NCBI GenBank assembly: GCA_017654855.1
Contig: CM030332.1
Span: 3,782,001 to 3,846,000, forward strand
From: Podospora anserina
Taxonomy: Eukaryota
Direction of reading: 5' to 3'
DNA length: 64,000 nucleotides
Numbering within the stretch: the first letter of the stretch is position 1; each line of letters opens with the position of its first letter. The position numbers were made by a program, and so were the translations under genes. Below are positions 36,389-47,440 of the stretch, in pieces. Under the pieces are notes generated by a model that searched no databases, had not been told where the DNA came from, and worked only from the letters and a program-made list of their open reading frames with translations.

Positions 36389-37266
36389 GGGGAAGGGGGA
36401 AGTGATGATGATGATGATGGCATTAGCGTGGAGTTTTGGGATCTGGGATACCTGGGTTTTTGCTTTAGATGACTAGAAGACAAAAGCTGGGTTTAGATAT
36501 GATGTATGAGGAGAAATTTAGAGTACCCTAGAATGTGTTGTGATGGTCAGCTTCCAAACCTTTAATCCTGTTTTCTATTGCCGCGCTTCCCATAATGGCA
36601 AGATAGTGTACCTAAGAATCTTTGCGTCCGATGAGCTAGAGCCCTATGAGCAGGAGTTAAACGTCTCTTTCCCCATATGCATTAGCTCGCAGAATCTGAA
36701 GTGCGCCGATGTGACGAAACGGGAAGACGGCATGCCTCCACAAGTACACAAGTACTATCAAAAGTCTCGGGCCGCGACCTCGGATCAGCAGGAATGCGAT
36801 ACGTAAAGCTCGGGAGGATTAGCCAATCTCGGGACATTCTTGCAATGAAGAGGTTGGCGAGAGGAGCGGTGGCACAATAGCTTTGATGTAGTCGCAGACA
36901 AGACCCTATTTCTTTCATCATGTGGTCAGCCACCTAGCTCATGTCTATACAATGGTCTTGTCGATTGGTAACTGTTGAAGTTGTACTTTGGTGACTGGTG
37001 GTGTGGCAAGAGGTTTGAGCGGCAAGGTCGGTCAGGCACATAGTAACTGCGCCTTTGTGGTCTTTAGACTTTCGGTGTGTATCTAGATGATAAGTCTAAG
37101 ACCTGATTAGCAAGCAATTTGGAATAATATAGGGAATTCTGGAAGAGATGGCAGAGTCGCAGTGTGAATGATAAGCAAGAGATTATGCAGTTACTTGCAT
37201 AAGAGTGGCCCGTGCGCTCTTCAGTCAGTAAAAGATTGCCCCTCCATCCCCAGGTTTTCGGGTGCA

Positions 37267-37404
37267 GTGGCATCATCATCCGATCCGACCAGAAGCGCGG
37301 TAGAAGACGGCTTGCTGCGGTGCGGACCCTTTGGTTTCCGCCATGAAAGGCAGGGAGATATCCACGTCCTCCATAAGCGTCACTCAATGGCGCGATTTCA
37401 CGTG
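37267..37404 (+). promoter_or_regulatory. Putative sulfur-regulon sites (near-consensus CYS3/MetR ATGRYRYCAT and a TCACGTG box)
   Basis: GTGGCATCAT (37267-37276) and ATGGCGCGAT (37387-37396) each one mismatch from ATGRYRYCAT; TCACGTG at 37398-37404; 350-490 bp upstream of cystathionine gamma-lyase. Confidence 0.4.
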
Positions 37405-37758
37405 GTCAGCCCTTTGTTTAGCCTGTCTTTGCGTCTTCTCGACTATTTCTTTCAAGGAAGCTCGAAGGAACCACTCCTTCGAGATCTGCCAAGATCTCCA
37501 CTGTCTTGGCTTGGCAACAGGAGGGGCACCTCTTTTTCGCTGATTTCAAAGCGAGCCCTCCAACAAGCATCAGCTGGAGCAAGGTGTGCCAGGTCGGCTC
37601 AGTTTCGGAATCCCACAGTGTTTTTTATTTTAAGCCCGCAGGGTCGATGTCGCGATTTTTATAAAAATCACCCAACGCCTCTACTATTAAACGTGCCCCC
37701 ACGCTTCCCCTACATCACCACCAGAGGCTCACACTCCCCAACCAACAAAACGTACAGG

Positions 37759-39064
37759 ATGACTATCACGACACCACCAAGGGCCTCTTCCCCCTCGTCG
37801 GGCTTTGGCACCAGAGCCGTCCACGCCGGCTCTGAGCACGATCCCAGCACGTATGTGTCCCCCCCCTTCTTCTTCTTCTTCTTCTCCTCCCCAATCCTCC
37901 AACTAATAGTGTGCTCACAGCGGTGCCGTGATCCCCGCCATCTCCCTCTCGACGACCTTTGCGCAAACGGCCGTCGGCCAACCGGTTGGCGAGTATGAGT
38001 ACTCTAGGTCCTCCAACCCTAATCGCAAAAACTTTGAGGACATGGTGGCGGCCCTCGAGAACGCCAAGCACGCCCTCGCCTTCTCTTCCGGTAGCGCCAC
38101 CACTGCCGTGATCCTCCAGTCGCTTGCCTCTGGCTCGCACGTCATCTCTGTCTCCGACGTCTATGGCGGCACCCACCGTTACTTCACCCAGGTCGCCAAG
38201 GCCCACGGTGTGAAGGTCACCTTCACCCCCGAGATCGAGGTTGACATCCGCGAGCACATCACCCCTGCCACCAAGCTGGTATGGATCGAGACTCCCAGCA
38301 ACCCTACCCTCCGTCTCGTCGACATCCGCGCCGTCGCGACTGCTGCCCACGAGCACGGCATCATGGTTGTTGTCGACAACACCTTCCTGAGCCCTTACAT
38401 CCAGAACCCTCTTGATCACGGCGCCGATATTGTGGTGCACAGTGTCACCAAGTACATCAACGGCCACAGCGACGTCGTCATGGGTGTCGCCGCCTTCAAC
38501 AGCGAGGAGCTCTTCAAGAGGCTCTCGTTCCTGCAGAACGCCATCGGCGCCATCCCCTCGGCGTTTGACGCGTGGCTTGCCCACCGTGGAGCTAAGACTC
38601 TGCACCTGCGTGCCCGCGAGGCCACGACCAATGCGACGGCTGTCGGCCACGCCCTGGAGGCCAGCCCCCACGTCATCGCGGTCAACTACCCCGGTCTCGA
38701 CTCTCACCCGCATCGCGCCATCGCCAAGAAGCAGCACCGCAACGGCATGGGTGGCGGCATGCTGTCATTCCGCATCCGTGGGGGTCACGCCGCGGCCGAG
38801 CGTTTCTGCCAGCTGACCAGAATCTTTACACTTGCCGAGTCCCTAGGCGGTGTCGAAAGCTTGTGCGAGGTGCCAAGCAGCATGACCCACGCTGGTATTC
38901 CTAAGGAGCAGCGTGAGGCTGTTGGTGTCTTTGACGACCTTGTCCGTCTCAGCTGCGGTGTTGAGGATGCCGAGGACCTCAAGAACGATGTTCTCCAGGC
39001 TCTTGAGCGTGCTGTTGCCGAGACTTCCAACGGCAACGGTACCAATGGTGTCAACGGTCACTAA
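37759..39064 (+). CDS. CYS3: Cystathionine gamma-lyase (PLP-dependent transsulfuration; yeast CYS3 / Aspergillus mecB ortholog), ~411 aa; intron 37851-37920
   Basis: GFGTRAVHAG, YEYSRSSNPNR, DVYGGT, WIETPSNP, VVDNTF, DIVVHSVTKYINGHSDV (PLP lysine), LAESLGGVESL, PSSMTH, LVRLSCGVE. Confidence 0.96.
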
Positions 39065-40776
39065 ACAGGAATAAAAAGTAAAAGATAGAAAAGTGGGAAA
39101 ATTGAAAAACGAGCGGAAAGGGGGACACGGGATATGGCTTCGGGGGACATAGAGGGGCATAGGCGTATTTCGGATAGGAGTTTGGCTTTGGGGCATTAGC
39201 ATTTCACGATAGACATTAGCGCTTTCTTGGTATTGCTTGCTATCTTGATTTTTTCAAGGCAAATTCTTTTTCAATATCAAAGCTGTGATGGGGCTGCGGC
39301 TTCTGGCGTTGTTGGGCACTTTTGTTGGGTATACATGATGTGATGGGGTTATATGGACAATGTTCATTGTTCTGATAAGCAGGTCTTCATGTGGTTCATA
39401 TTGGCGGTAGTTTGAGGACGGACTGCGTCGTTTCTTTCTATCTCTTGCTATAATCGGTGGGTTCTTGGAAGGTTTTTTTTTTTTTTTTTTTTTGCGAATA
39501 ACAAATACTACTCTGAGGTTATGGTTTAAGGCTATCAGCAGACACTCAAGGTGGTTTTTAAGTAATGTGTGTTATGTATTTGTTTCACACACTCCAGAGC
39601 TGCCATGTCTCACTTTGGTTGTACGAAGTATTTCCTAAGCCGAGCTTACTATCATGCCATACCGAGGAATAGCATCTCTGTGTACTAACACCAAACTGTG
39701 TAGATGTTGTTGCTTCAAGACTTTTAATAAGAGTTATTATTATGCTTTCAGCTCAGAATTGGATTGCCAGTGGGGAAATATGATAAGAACAGTTCGAGTG
39801 CCTATATCTATCCTAACAGTTTTGTAGCACAAGCTGCCAGCGTGAGGGTTCTTTGTTTCGGTGAGTACTTGGTGTTATGAGGGTACCTAGTTAGTTGTTT
39901 AATCAAAATCTCAAAGGATATCGCGATGCGGAACGCAACGGGTCGATGTATTTCTTCGACTCTCGAAGTGCAGGTCCGGTGTGGCTGTGCCTGTATAAGG
40001 TAAGGTAGACTCTATTGTGGTCCAGTCAGTATTGCTGAAGTCGAATTCTGGGCCAGGGGGTTTATGGTAAAGGCAACCACAGCAGCTTTTTGAAGTCTGA
40101 CTGGAGCTTTCGACTTTAAGTCTTGATGATGGATGTCAAAAGTCGCATTATTCAGGCAGGGGAATCAACTGCTCATGACCAAGGTCTTGAGGGTAAGAGC
40201 AAAATTGCAAAAAGGATATGGAAGTAAGCAAGGCTGGAAGAAAAGCAAAAATCTCACCGGCCAAACCCACCCAGACCGGTGTCTGGGAGAGGTGGCCGGC
40301 TACAAAAACCCCGGTGGTTTTACTTCGGATCGAACTCGGGAGCTATCGGTTGCAAACTCCCCCGGTGGGGGGCGGTAACAGCAGCTCCCTCCACCTTGAC
40401 CATTTGTTCTGACCACGGAGTGGCACTCTGGTCAAGATATCAGGGCTGCTGTTGGAAGGTAGGTGAGGAAGGTGGTATATACACGGTGGTTGTGGTCGTA
40501 GGGAAGGATGCGATTCGGTTCCAGTCCCAACCATGTAAGTACAGTAATTGCGGCTTGCCTGTCGACTTCTCGTTGCCATTTGTTAGTCTCATCATTTGAC
40601 ATTATTATTATTAACTATACGACTTGCCCTACAGCTCGACCTCATCTTACTGACCAACCCATTTCATTGAACACACATCAACTATCCATCATATTTTCAT
40701 CCAGGGTTTGCCCCCTGGACCATTTCAATCCCCTCCAACACATTACCCATCCACCTTCCTACTTCACCACCCTTCA

Positions 40777-41343
40777 TCACTCATCCACCACCGCCTCCTC
40801 CACAAAAACCATCCTCCCCCTCTTCAACTCCTCCTCCCCCTTCCCATCATCCACCATCTCCCCAACAGGCAAGCTAACCGCATCATCCAACCTCACAACT
40901 CCATACCTCCGCCCTCCTCCTCCTCCTCCTCCACCACTGTGAGCATCCCTATTACCACCACCCTTATTCTTCCTAACAGCATTTCCAGAAACTGGCCCCA
41001 GCGGCCTCGTCACAGCCACCCCCTGCCCCCTCGCCTTCCCCATCATTTCGAGAAGCCCCATCCCCGCCATCCCGTTCCTTTTGTCGTGATGATGGTCATG
41101 AACAACCCGGCCGGGAAAAGGCGTGTACGTATCCCGGGAGTGGTGCCTCTGGGGATGTGTACGATGGGGGGGTTTGTTGTAAGTAGTGTAATCCCACGAC
41201 GCCGTCGTGTGGGTTGCCGTCCAGGAGATTATGCAGATGACCAAGAGAAGATAAAAAGCCGGGAGGGAGAAGGGGTTTCCTCTCCGGCTTCGGGGGCGGG
41301 GGAGGGGGAGGGGGAGGGTGTGTGGGAAGCGGCCTGGTGGCAT
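40777..41343 (-). CDS. Possible orphan protein with an N-terminal hydrophobic segment (~188 aa)
   Basis: ATG at 41343 preceded by AAG; FYLLLVICIISWTATHTTA hydrophobic stretch, His-rich segment, DKR site, poly-Gly. Low complexity, no homology recognised. Confidence 0.25.
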   Translation of the reverse strand: MPPGRFPHTLPLPLPRPRSRRGNPFSLPAFYLLLVICIISWTATHTTASWDYTTYNKPPHRTHPQRHHSRDTYTPFPGRVVHDHHHDKRNGMAGMGLLEMMGKARGQGVAVTRPLGPVSGNAVRKNKGGGNRDAHSGGGGGGGGRRYGVVRLDDAVSLPVGEMVDDGKGEEELKRGRMVFVEEAVVDE

Positions 41344-41631
41344 CTTGCTTCTTACTCTTGGAGAAATAACAACAACAAAGTGTGGGAAATAAAATAAGAA
41401 TGATTTCAGGCCTGGAAAGGAAAAAAAATGAACCCTGACGAAAAGGTAAAAAGAAATCGGTTGCTTTGCCTCCCACCCCCCCACCCCCCAAGTCTAGAAT
41501 ATATGTACAAGATGAAAAAGAAAATAAACACCACCGTGAAGAGGAAAACAATGGGACCAAATACCCTTCCGTCGCTGCGAACACACAACAGCTGTGATGA
41601 GCAAAACTCTCAGACCGACCGCACAGGAGTT

Positions 41632-41665
41632 GCTCTCTGCTCTGCTCTGCTCTGCTCTGCTCTGC
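41632..41665. repeat. (CTCTG)n microsatellite
   Basis: gctctctgctctgctctgctctgctctgctctgc. Confidence 0.9.
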
Positions 41666-41951
41666 TTACGCTCAACAAATCATCCGTCCGTCCGTCCGTC
41701 CCTGCGGCCATCTCCATGCCATGCCAGGACGACGGACGAACTGGCCAAAAAAAAAAAAATTCAAGACGACCTAGCGCTGTCAATGCTTTCCTCTCATGTA
41801 CGTCGACATCAGAAACCCGTCGAGTTCCCCTGACAGCAGCATAGTCTGAACTCAAGCTGCGTTATGCATCTACAGCCAGCCCAGCCCAGCCACTCAACCA
41901 CCCCCATTCCCCGACCCACCTTCCGAAAAGGGAAGGAATCTACTCCCCGAC

Positions 41952-41953
<2 letters not shown>

Positions 41954-41984
<31 letters not shown>
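41954..41984. repeat. (AC)n microsatellite, ~15 units
   Basis: Uninterrupted AC run. Confidence 0.95.
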
Positions 41985-41985
<1 letters not shown>

Positions 41986-42331
41986 CACGACCTCACGTCA
42001 CGTCACGTCCAAGTTTTGCAGCTTCTGTCACAATCACGTTCAGCAACCATATGTTTTGATTTCTTCCAAATTCCCAAACAATATCCACACAATCCTCCCA
42101 TAACCGATATTCATACTACCGCATTATCAACAACAATGGCCTGAAAGCCCCCCCCCCTCCAAGCGTTTTCCCTCTCTCCCTCACAGCACGCAAGAAAAAA
42201 AGACAGAAAATCAAACACCGACTTGTATCTTGGTGGGTATCAAACCATCCAACTCAGCAACACAACCAAACAAAAAACACCCACGCAAACAAAAAAAAAA
42301 CAATCTTTTCCCACATGTGCACGCTCAAAAT

Positions 42332-42423
42332 ATGTGTGCGTATGTGTGTATGTGTGTGTATGTGAGTGTGTGTATGTCTGTGTGTGTGTGTGTGTATGTG
42401 TGTGTATGTCTGTGTGTGTATGT
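42332..42423. repeat. Compound (TG)n/(TATG) microsatellite
   Basis: About 90 bp of tgtgtgcgtatgtgtgtatgtgtgtgtatgtgagtgtg... Confidence 0.95.
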
Positions 42424-43058
42424 TGAAACCTTCATTAAGCAATACAATTCGCCAGTCCCAAGTTGAGGACCAGAAACAAAACAAAAAAAGCGTAGGCCTT
42501 CTTCCCCTCCATCTAATAATAAAACATAAAATCCAAATCCTACAGACCCTTCCATGAAAAATTAAACAGCCGAATTTATATTCCCCCCTTTGCCCCAGCA
42601 GCCCCTTCCAAAAACGCCCAAACAATGTATAGCTTATAAATAATGTGTAAAAGAATCAAATGCTGGTACGAATGCCCAAAACCCCCTGGCCCCAAAAACG
42701 AGGCTTTATATACGTTGAAATATCTGTGCCCCAAAAAAAACCAGAAAAAACTTTTGCGGCTTGATAATGAAACAAAAAATGCTCAAGAAAAGAAGAACAA
42801 AAGTCGCTAAATGCTGATATGGAACAAGAAAAAAAAAGAACATCTCTCGAAAATGTGTGCTGTGTATGCACGTATGTGTTTGTATAGATGGTGGTGGTGG
42901 TGGTGGTGGAAATGGCGTGAATGATCGGAAGAACGTCATGTTATGGTGTGGTATTGTAGAACGGTTCAAAAAGCGGTTCAGTGCCTCGAGCCGCAATCAG
43001 TCGGATGCCGGTACAAAGCTGCCCATCTCCAGTCGCCAGACTTGTGCGGACGAGGCGA

Positions 43059-46000
43059 CTAACCCCGCTGCCGCATCCCAAGTCCATCGACCCCAAGAAT
43101 AGGAATCTCAACCTCGGCCAACCCGAGCACGCCCTCGTCCCGGCGGCGGTCCACAAAGCTGTTGCATTCGTTGATGACGATCGCCCACTCGGCGAGGGCT
43201 CGGCCTGTGTACACAGCCCCTGAGGCATAAGGGCCGAAGGGCTTCTCGGCACGAATTGCTGGCGCGGGCGGCCGAGCCATCCTGATCATGTCAACCGAAG
43301 GACCACGTTCGTAGCCGTCAAAGCTCATGTGACGAAGAGGAGACGGCCTGTTGTATCTCTCATCCTCACTGTCCGAGGCAACCGCCGTGACGTTGATGCT
43401 GAGGGAGTACCGGCGTTTGGAGCTCTCCATCGACTTTCGTGGTGTATCCTCCACTATGGACAATGGCCGAGCATTGCGAGCCTCACTGATAAGACCGGTT
43501 TGCAAAGCACCGCTCACACGCCTAGTGTCGGGTGGCAGGCCGGGAGAAACGGGAGGCGGGCTGTCGCTGCGATAGACAAGGCTGCCGTTCTGAAAGTTAC
43601 CCACGTCGTTGATCGCCGCCGAGCGAGCGCTGACTCTCGCCTGAGCAGGCGCAGGGAGTCGAGGGCGGGTCAGAATCCGGTCTCTTGTAGGACCGAGTGG
43701 CATTGGCTGCCCCCCCGGTCCAGTTTGCCATGTGAGCGCAAAGCGAAAGACATAGGTGGTGGCCTCGTAAACGGGCGCAGAACCTGTAGTAGATATGGAG
43801 TCGGTAGACAAGGTGGCATGGTGGCCAGGTCTCTTTGGCGGCGGCGGAGGTCCCTGGCGAGGTCCCATCCGCGCAGCAGCTGTCTCGCGGCGAGCTTGTT
43901 CCAGCTCCTCGTCCCAAGCGCGCTTGGGATCCACGGCCCGGCCATTTTGCGAGCTGAATGGCAGTACCTTGCCCAACATTGACAGCCGCTTCTTGAAGGA
44001 TGACACATCCCCATCATCCTTGATGCCACCAACGGTATCTCCGCCGTTGATCCCGAACGTACCAGCATAATCCACGAGCTGGTCTGACCCTGGGAAGGAG
44101 CTGGAAAACGAGTCGAAGCCGAGCTTCATGGACGGCTGTGGCGGCTGCACCTCGGTTCGAATGATCAAGAACCGCTTGCCAGGCGTGGGATGAGCAGGGG
44201 CCGTAGAAGGCTGGACCTTGCCCCTCATGTCGGCATCAGCCTTGAGCCAAAGGTAATGAGCCCAAAGAGTCTTGAGCCGCTGCGACACAGTCAGGAATAT
44301 TTTGCTGCAGAGTCCCGTTAGTCACCTGTTGCAACGCTTGGATGGCTATCGTCTTACCTGTTGACCTCACTGGCGCTGCCCGAGTCCCTGCAGATCCGCC
44401 AGCAGAGCAGGCGCATGTAGTAAGCACGAACCATGGGGCACCAATGGTTGAAGAATTTGGCAAAGAACTCCTCCGTCAACAGCCACTCCGTGCACAAGGC
44501 CTCCTTGCGCGCCGGATCAGAAGTGATGGCGTCCCACACCGAGTAGAGGAAAGAGAGGACCCTAATCTCAGACATGGTGTTATTGGACTCGGCCATCATC
44601 TTGCCCACCTCGAGCCAGAAAGGCCAGTCAATGTAGTTGACAAAGGGGGCGGTGCTGCCAAATTCCAGGTACCGCGGCTGGCCAATTTCTTCGGCCGGGG
44701 ATCCTGCAGGGCTGCCGTTCACCGTGTTCTGGAATGTATCCAGCGTGACCAGCATCTCCTCCAGAAAATCGCACAGCATGAAACACGAAGCTTGGTCGAA
44801 TCGTGGTGTCCTCTTCGCTGCCGCCTTCGAGATGGCAGCAAAAGCCTCGGCAAAGGTATGCTTAATCTCGTGATTCACTCCAACAGAGCCTTCTGAGAGC
44901 ACATCCTTGAGCAGGACAATGAGCCGGTTTTCATCCATCCCTTTCAGAACATTGCTGGGCACAGAGATGCCGGTCAAAGTAGCATCCGCGCCGTGAATGC
45001 TGTCAGAAATCGGAGGGCCCAGCATGGCATCGATCGAGGCCTGTCGGTGAATGGTGCTATCCAACACCGACAAGATTTGAGCGTGGACCAGGACAAAGGC
45101 AGGTGACCGCGCCTTTTCGACCAGCGGGAGTCCCTCAAAAACAAACTGCTCAGAAAGCACGTGGAAGTACTTGCAAAAGATGAAAAACAGATCCGTCTCA
45201 CCACCACGCCATCTCGACACCCAAGGGCCGTGCCAGGGGATCTTGGCTGGCATCAGTGGCAGCTTAGCCGCAAGCCGCAGCTTGTCGCCCAGTGTCTTGA
45301 CAGACGACCATCCCAGCTTGTGCAGATGCTCGGGGTAGAGCGCGACAATATCCTCGCTCTCGCCCTTGCTCCGCCTCGGCAGACCAAACTCATCGGCGAC
45401 TCTTCGCAAAATGTCGGCATTCAAACCCCAAAGCCGCACCAGAACATCAGCGACACCGGGCACGAAGAAGAACGCATAAGCACACGCCTTGCCGCACCAG
45501 TTGACTAAGCTCAGAGGGGCGTGCCGGAGCGACATTTTCTCCACCACCAGCGCCATCTGTGTCGTCAAGTTGTTGACAAACATGGTCCGCACATTGTGCT
45601 CGGCCGGCTCGGTCAACAGCGAGTCCACATCGCTGCCAACGGTGGACGATGTGTTTGACCTCGCTCGGACCTTCTCTTCGGGAGACCGCTCAGCCAAAGG
45701 CTGAAACTGGCTGGTACACGTCCTCCACTCTGGCCGCATCATGATCATGGTGGCCGCCTCGAGCAGAGTTGGCCTGTCGACACCAGCAACCGGCTGCAAT
45801 ACTGGAAACTGGACGCCAAGCGCAGCGATGCCTGGAGCAAGCCCGTATCCTCCCGCCAACAGCCTCGAATGCCCGGCATCCAGCATCGACAAGAGGCCAT
45901 TCCACCACTTGTTCAAAACTGTGGCTCGCCGGTCAAAATCCTCGGAACTCAACACCGATCTGCTCGAATTGGAAGGGTGGTGCGAGGTACTTTTCAAGAA

Positions 46001-47440
46001 TGGCATCAGCACACCTCGCACAACGTCCATTCGCGTCGAGGTGGTAGGCCTCGCCGCGAACCGGGCAAACTCGCCATCTAGCGTTCGGAAGGTGCCCCAA
46101 AGAGGGTCGCGGGATGTCGGATGTGGCATGGTGATGTTGGTGTCTGCTGTGCCCTGGGAAGCAATTTCGGAAGAGGCGCTGGTTGTCGCAGTGGTTTCCG
46201 TGTCCAGATCCGACTCTAGTGACGAAGTCCGGTGGGAAGAGCTGCGAGATGGTGCTGCTTCGACATGGGCAAAAGCATTGTTGGTGGCAAGAGCAGCAGA
46301 TCTGGGGAGGTTCGACGGGGCAAGGGTGGTTTGGGCCGGGACAGGCTTGACGCTGTGCGCGGCTGTCGCAGCACTGGCGGAATCAGAGTCACTTGATTCG
46401 GAACTCTTGACAGAAGATGGCGCGGGAAGCGAGAGTGGGGACGATGTTCTAGAAAACACACTTTGAGGTTTTTGTTTTATCCTCGTCAGATACACACTGG
46501 CACGGCTGAAGACGCGGCTTGTACTGTTGCTGCTGCTGCTGCTGCTGCTCTGTGGCTCGGCGGAAGCGTCCTGAGAAAAATCACAATCCGAACGTGCGCG
46601 GGTTCGCAGCGTCAACCTAGACTTGACAGGCGATTTTTTCCTTTCTGTGGAAGGCTCGCGGGTCTCATGTCGAAGCCGTTCTGGGGTCGTTGGCGGTGAA
46701 GGTGATCGTGACTTTGTCATCCAAGACTTTTTCGCAAAATCGGCAAAGGACTCGACCGTCCTCGACCTTTCAAGCTGGCTGTCCTCCACCAGATTGTCGG
46801 TCGACACAGTCACATTGTTCTTGGTCACCCGTTGGGACAGCTCATGGGTTGCCGGCACGTTGGGGGCCGACTTTGAGCTCGGCAGCCACGACAGCGGCCG
46901 GTCAATCATTGATTTGCTCCGGCTACGGCCGTGCTTCTCGGCACGCGGAGCAGCAGCCACGGTGGGCGCGGTGCTGGTGCTGTTACGGTGATAGGTGGCG
47001 GTGTCGATGTTTTTGGACGAGGTTCGGGGTGGTATTGGCTGCTTGGTGGGTTCGGCGCGAGCTTCAGTGGATGCGATGGGCAATAGCCTCGTCTCGGGAG
47101 CGGTAACGACAGTGGCGGTGGGCTTCACGGGGCGGATGGACAACGCTTCGATCTTGTCGCTGCAGAAACTGAAGGATCTCTTGAACTCGGGTGAAAATTC
47201 AAAATCGAACGAGGGAATGTCAAACGAGGGATCGGGCATGGGCAGGCTCGGAAGTTCCTTGTTGGTGTTGGCAGGCGGGCGCGAGGTAGCATCGGGCCTG
47301 GCGAGCTTGAGCGGGGTTTGTTCTTTGCTGCTACTCCTAGCAGGTGGTGGTGGTGTAGAATGTGAGTGTTGTGAACCTTGTGAGCGCTGTGAGCGGTGAA
47401 AAGGCAATGGCGTGCTGGTGTCCACAGCGGGCGCCGTCAT
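43059..47440 (-). CDS. DUF1765 domain protein (UPF0592/Ahk1-like), ~1442 aa; intron 44357-44305
   Basis: Ser/Pro-rich N-terminus, then LNKWWNGLL, GKACAYAFFFVPGVADVLVRLW, IDWPFWL, FFNHWCPMVRAYYMRLLCWR and C-terminal YTGRALAEWAIVINECNSFVDRRRDEGV blocks, which I recognise from this fungal family; intron GTAAGA...CTAAC...CAG keeps frame. Confidence 0.88.

Noticed and set aside
37168-37998. 276-aa ORF overlapping the cystathionine gamma-lyase start
   Set aside because: Upstream extension plus read-through into the intron; real start is ATG 37759.
41954-42423. (AC)n and (TG)n tracts as a fold-back element
   Set aside because: Simple microsatellites are abundant here; no unique-sequence inverted repeat or target-site duplication.
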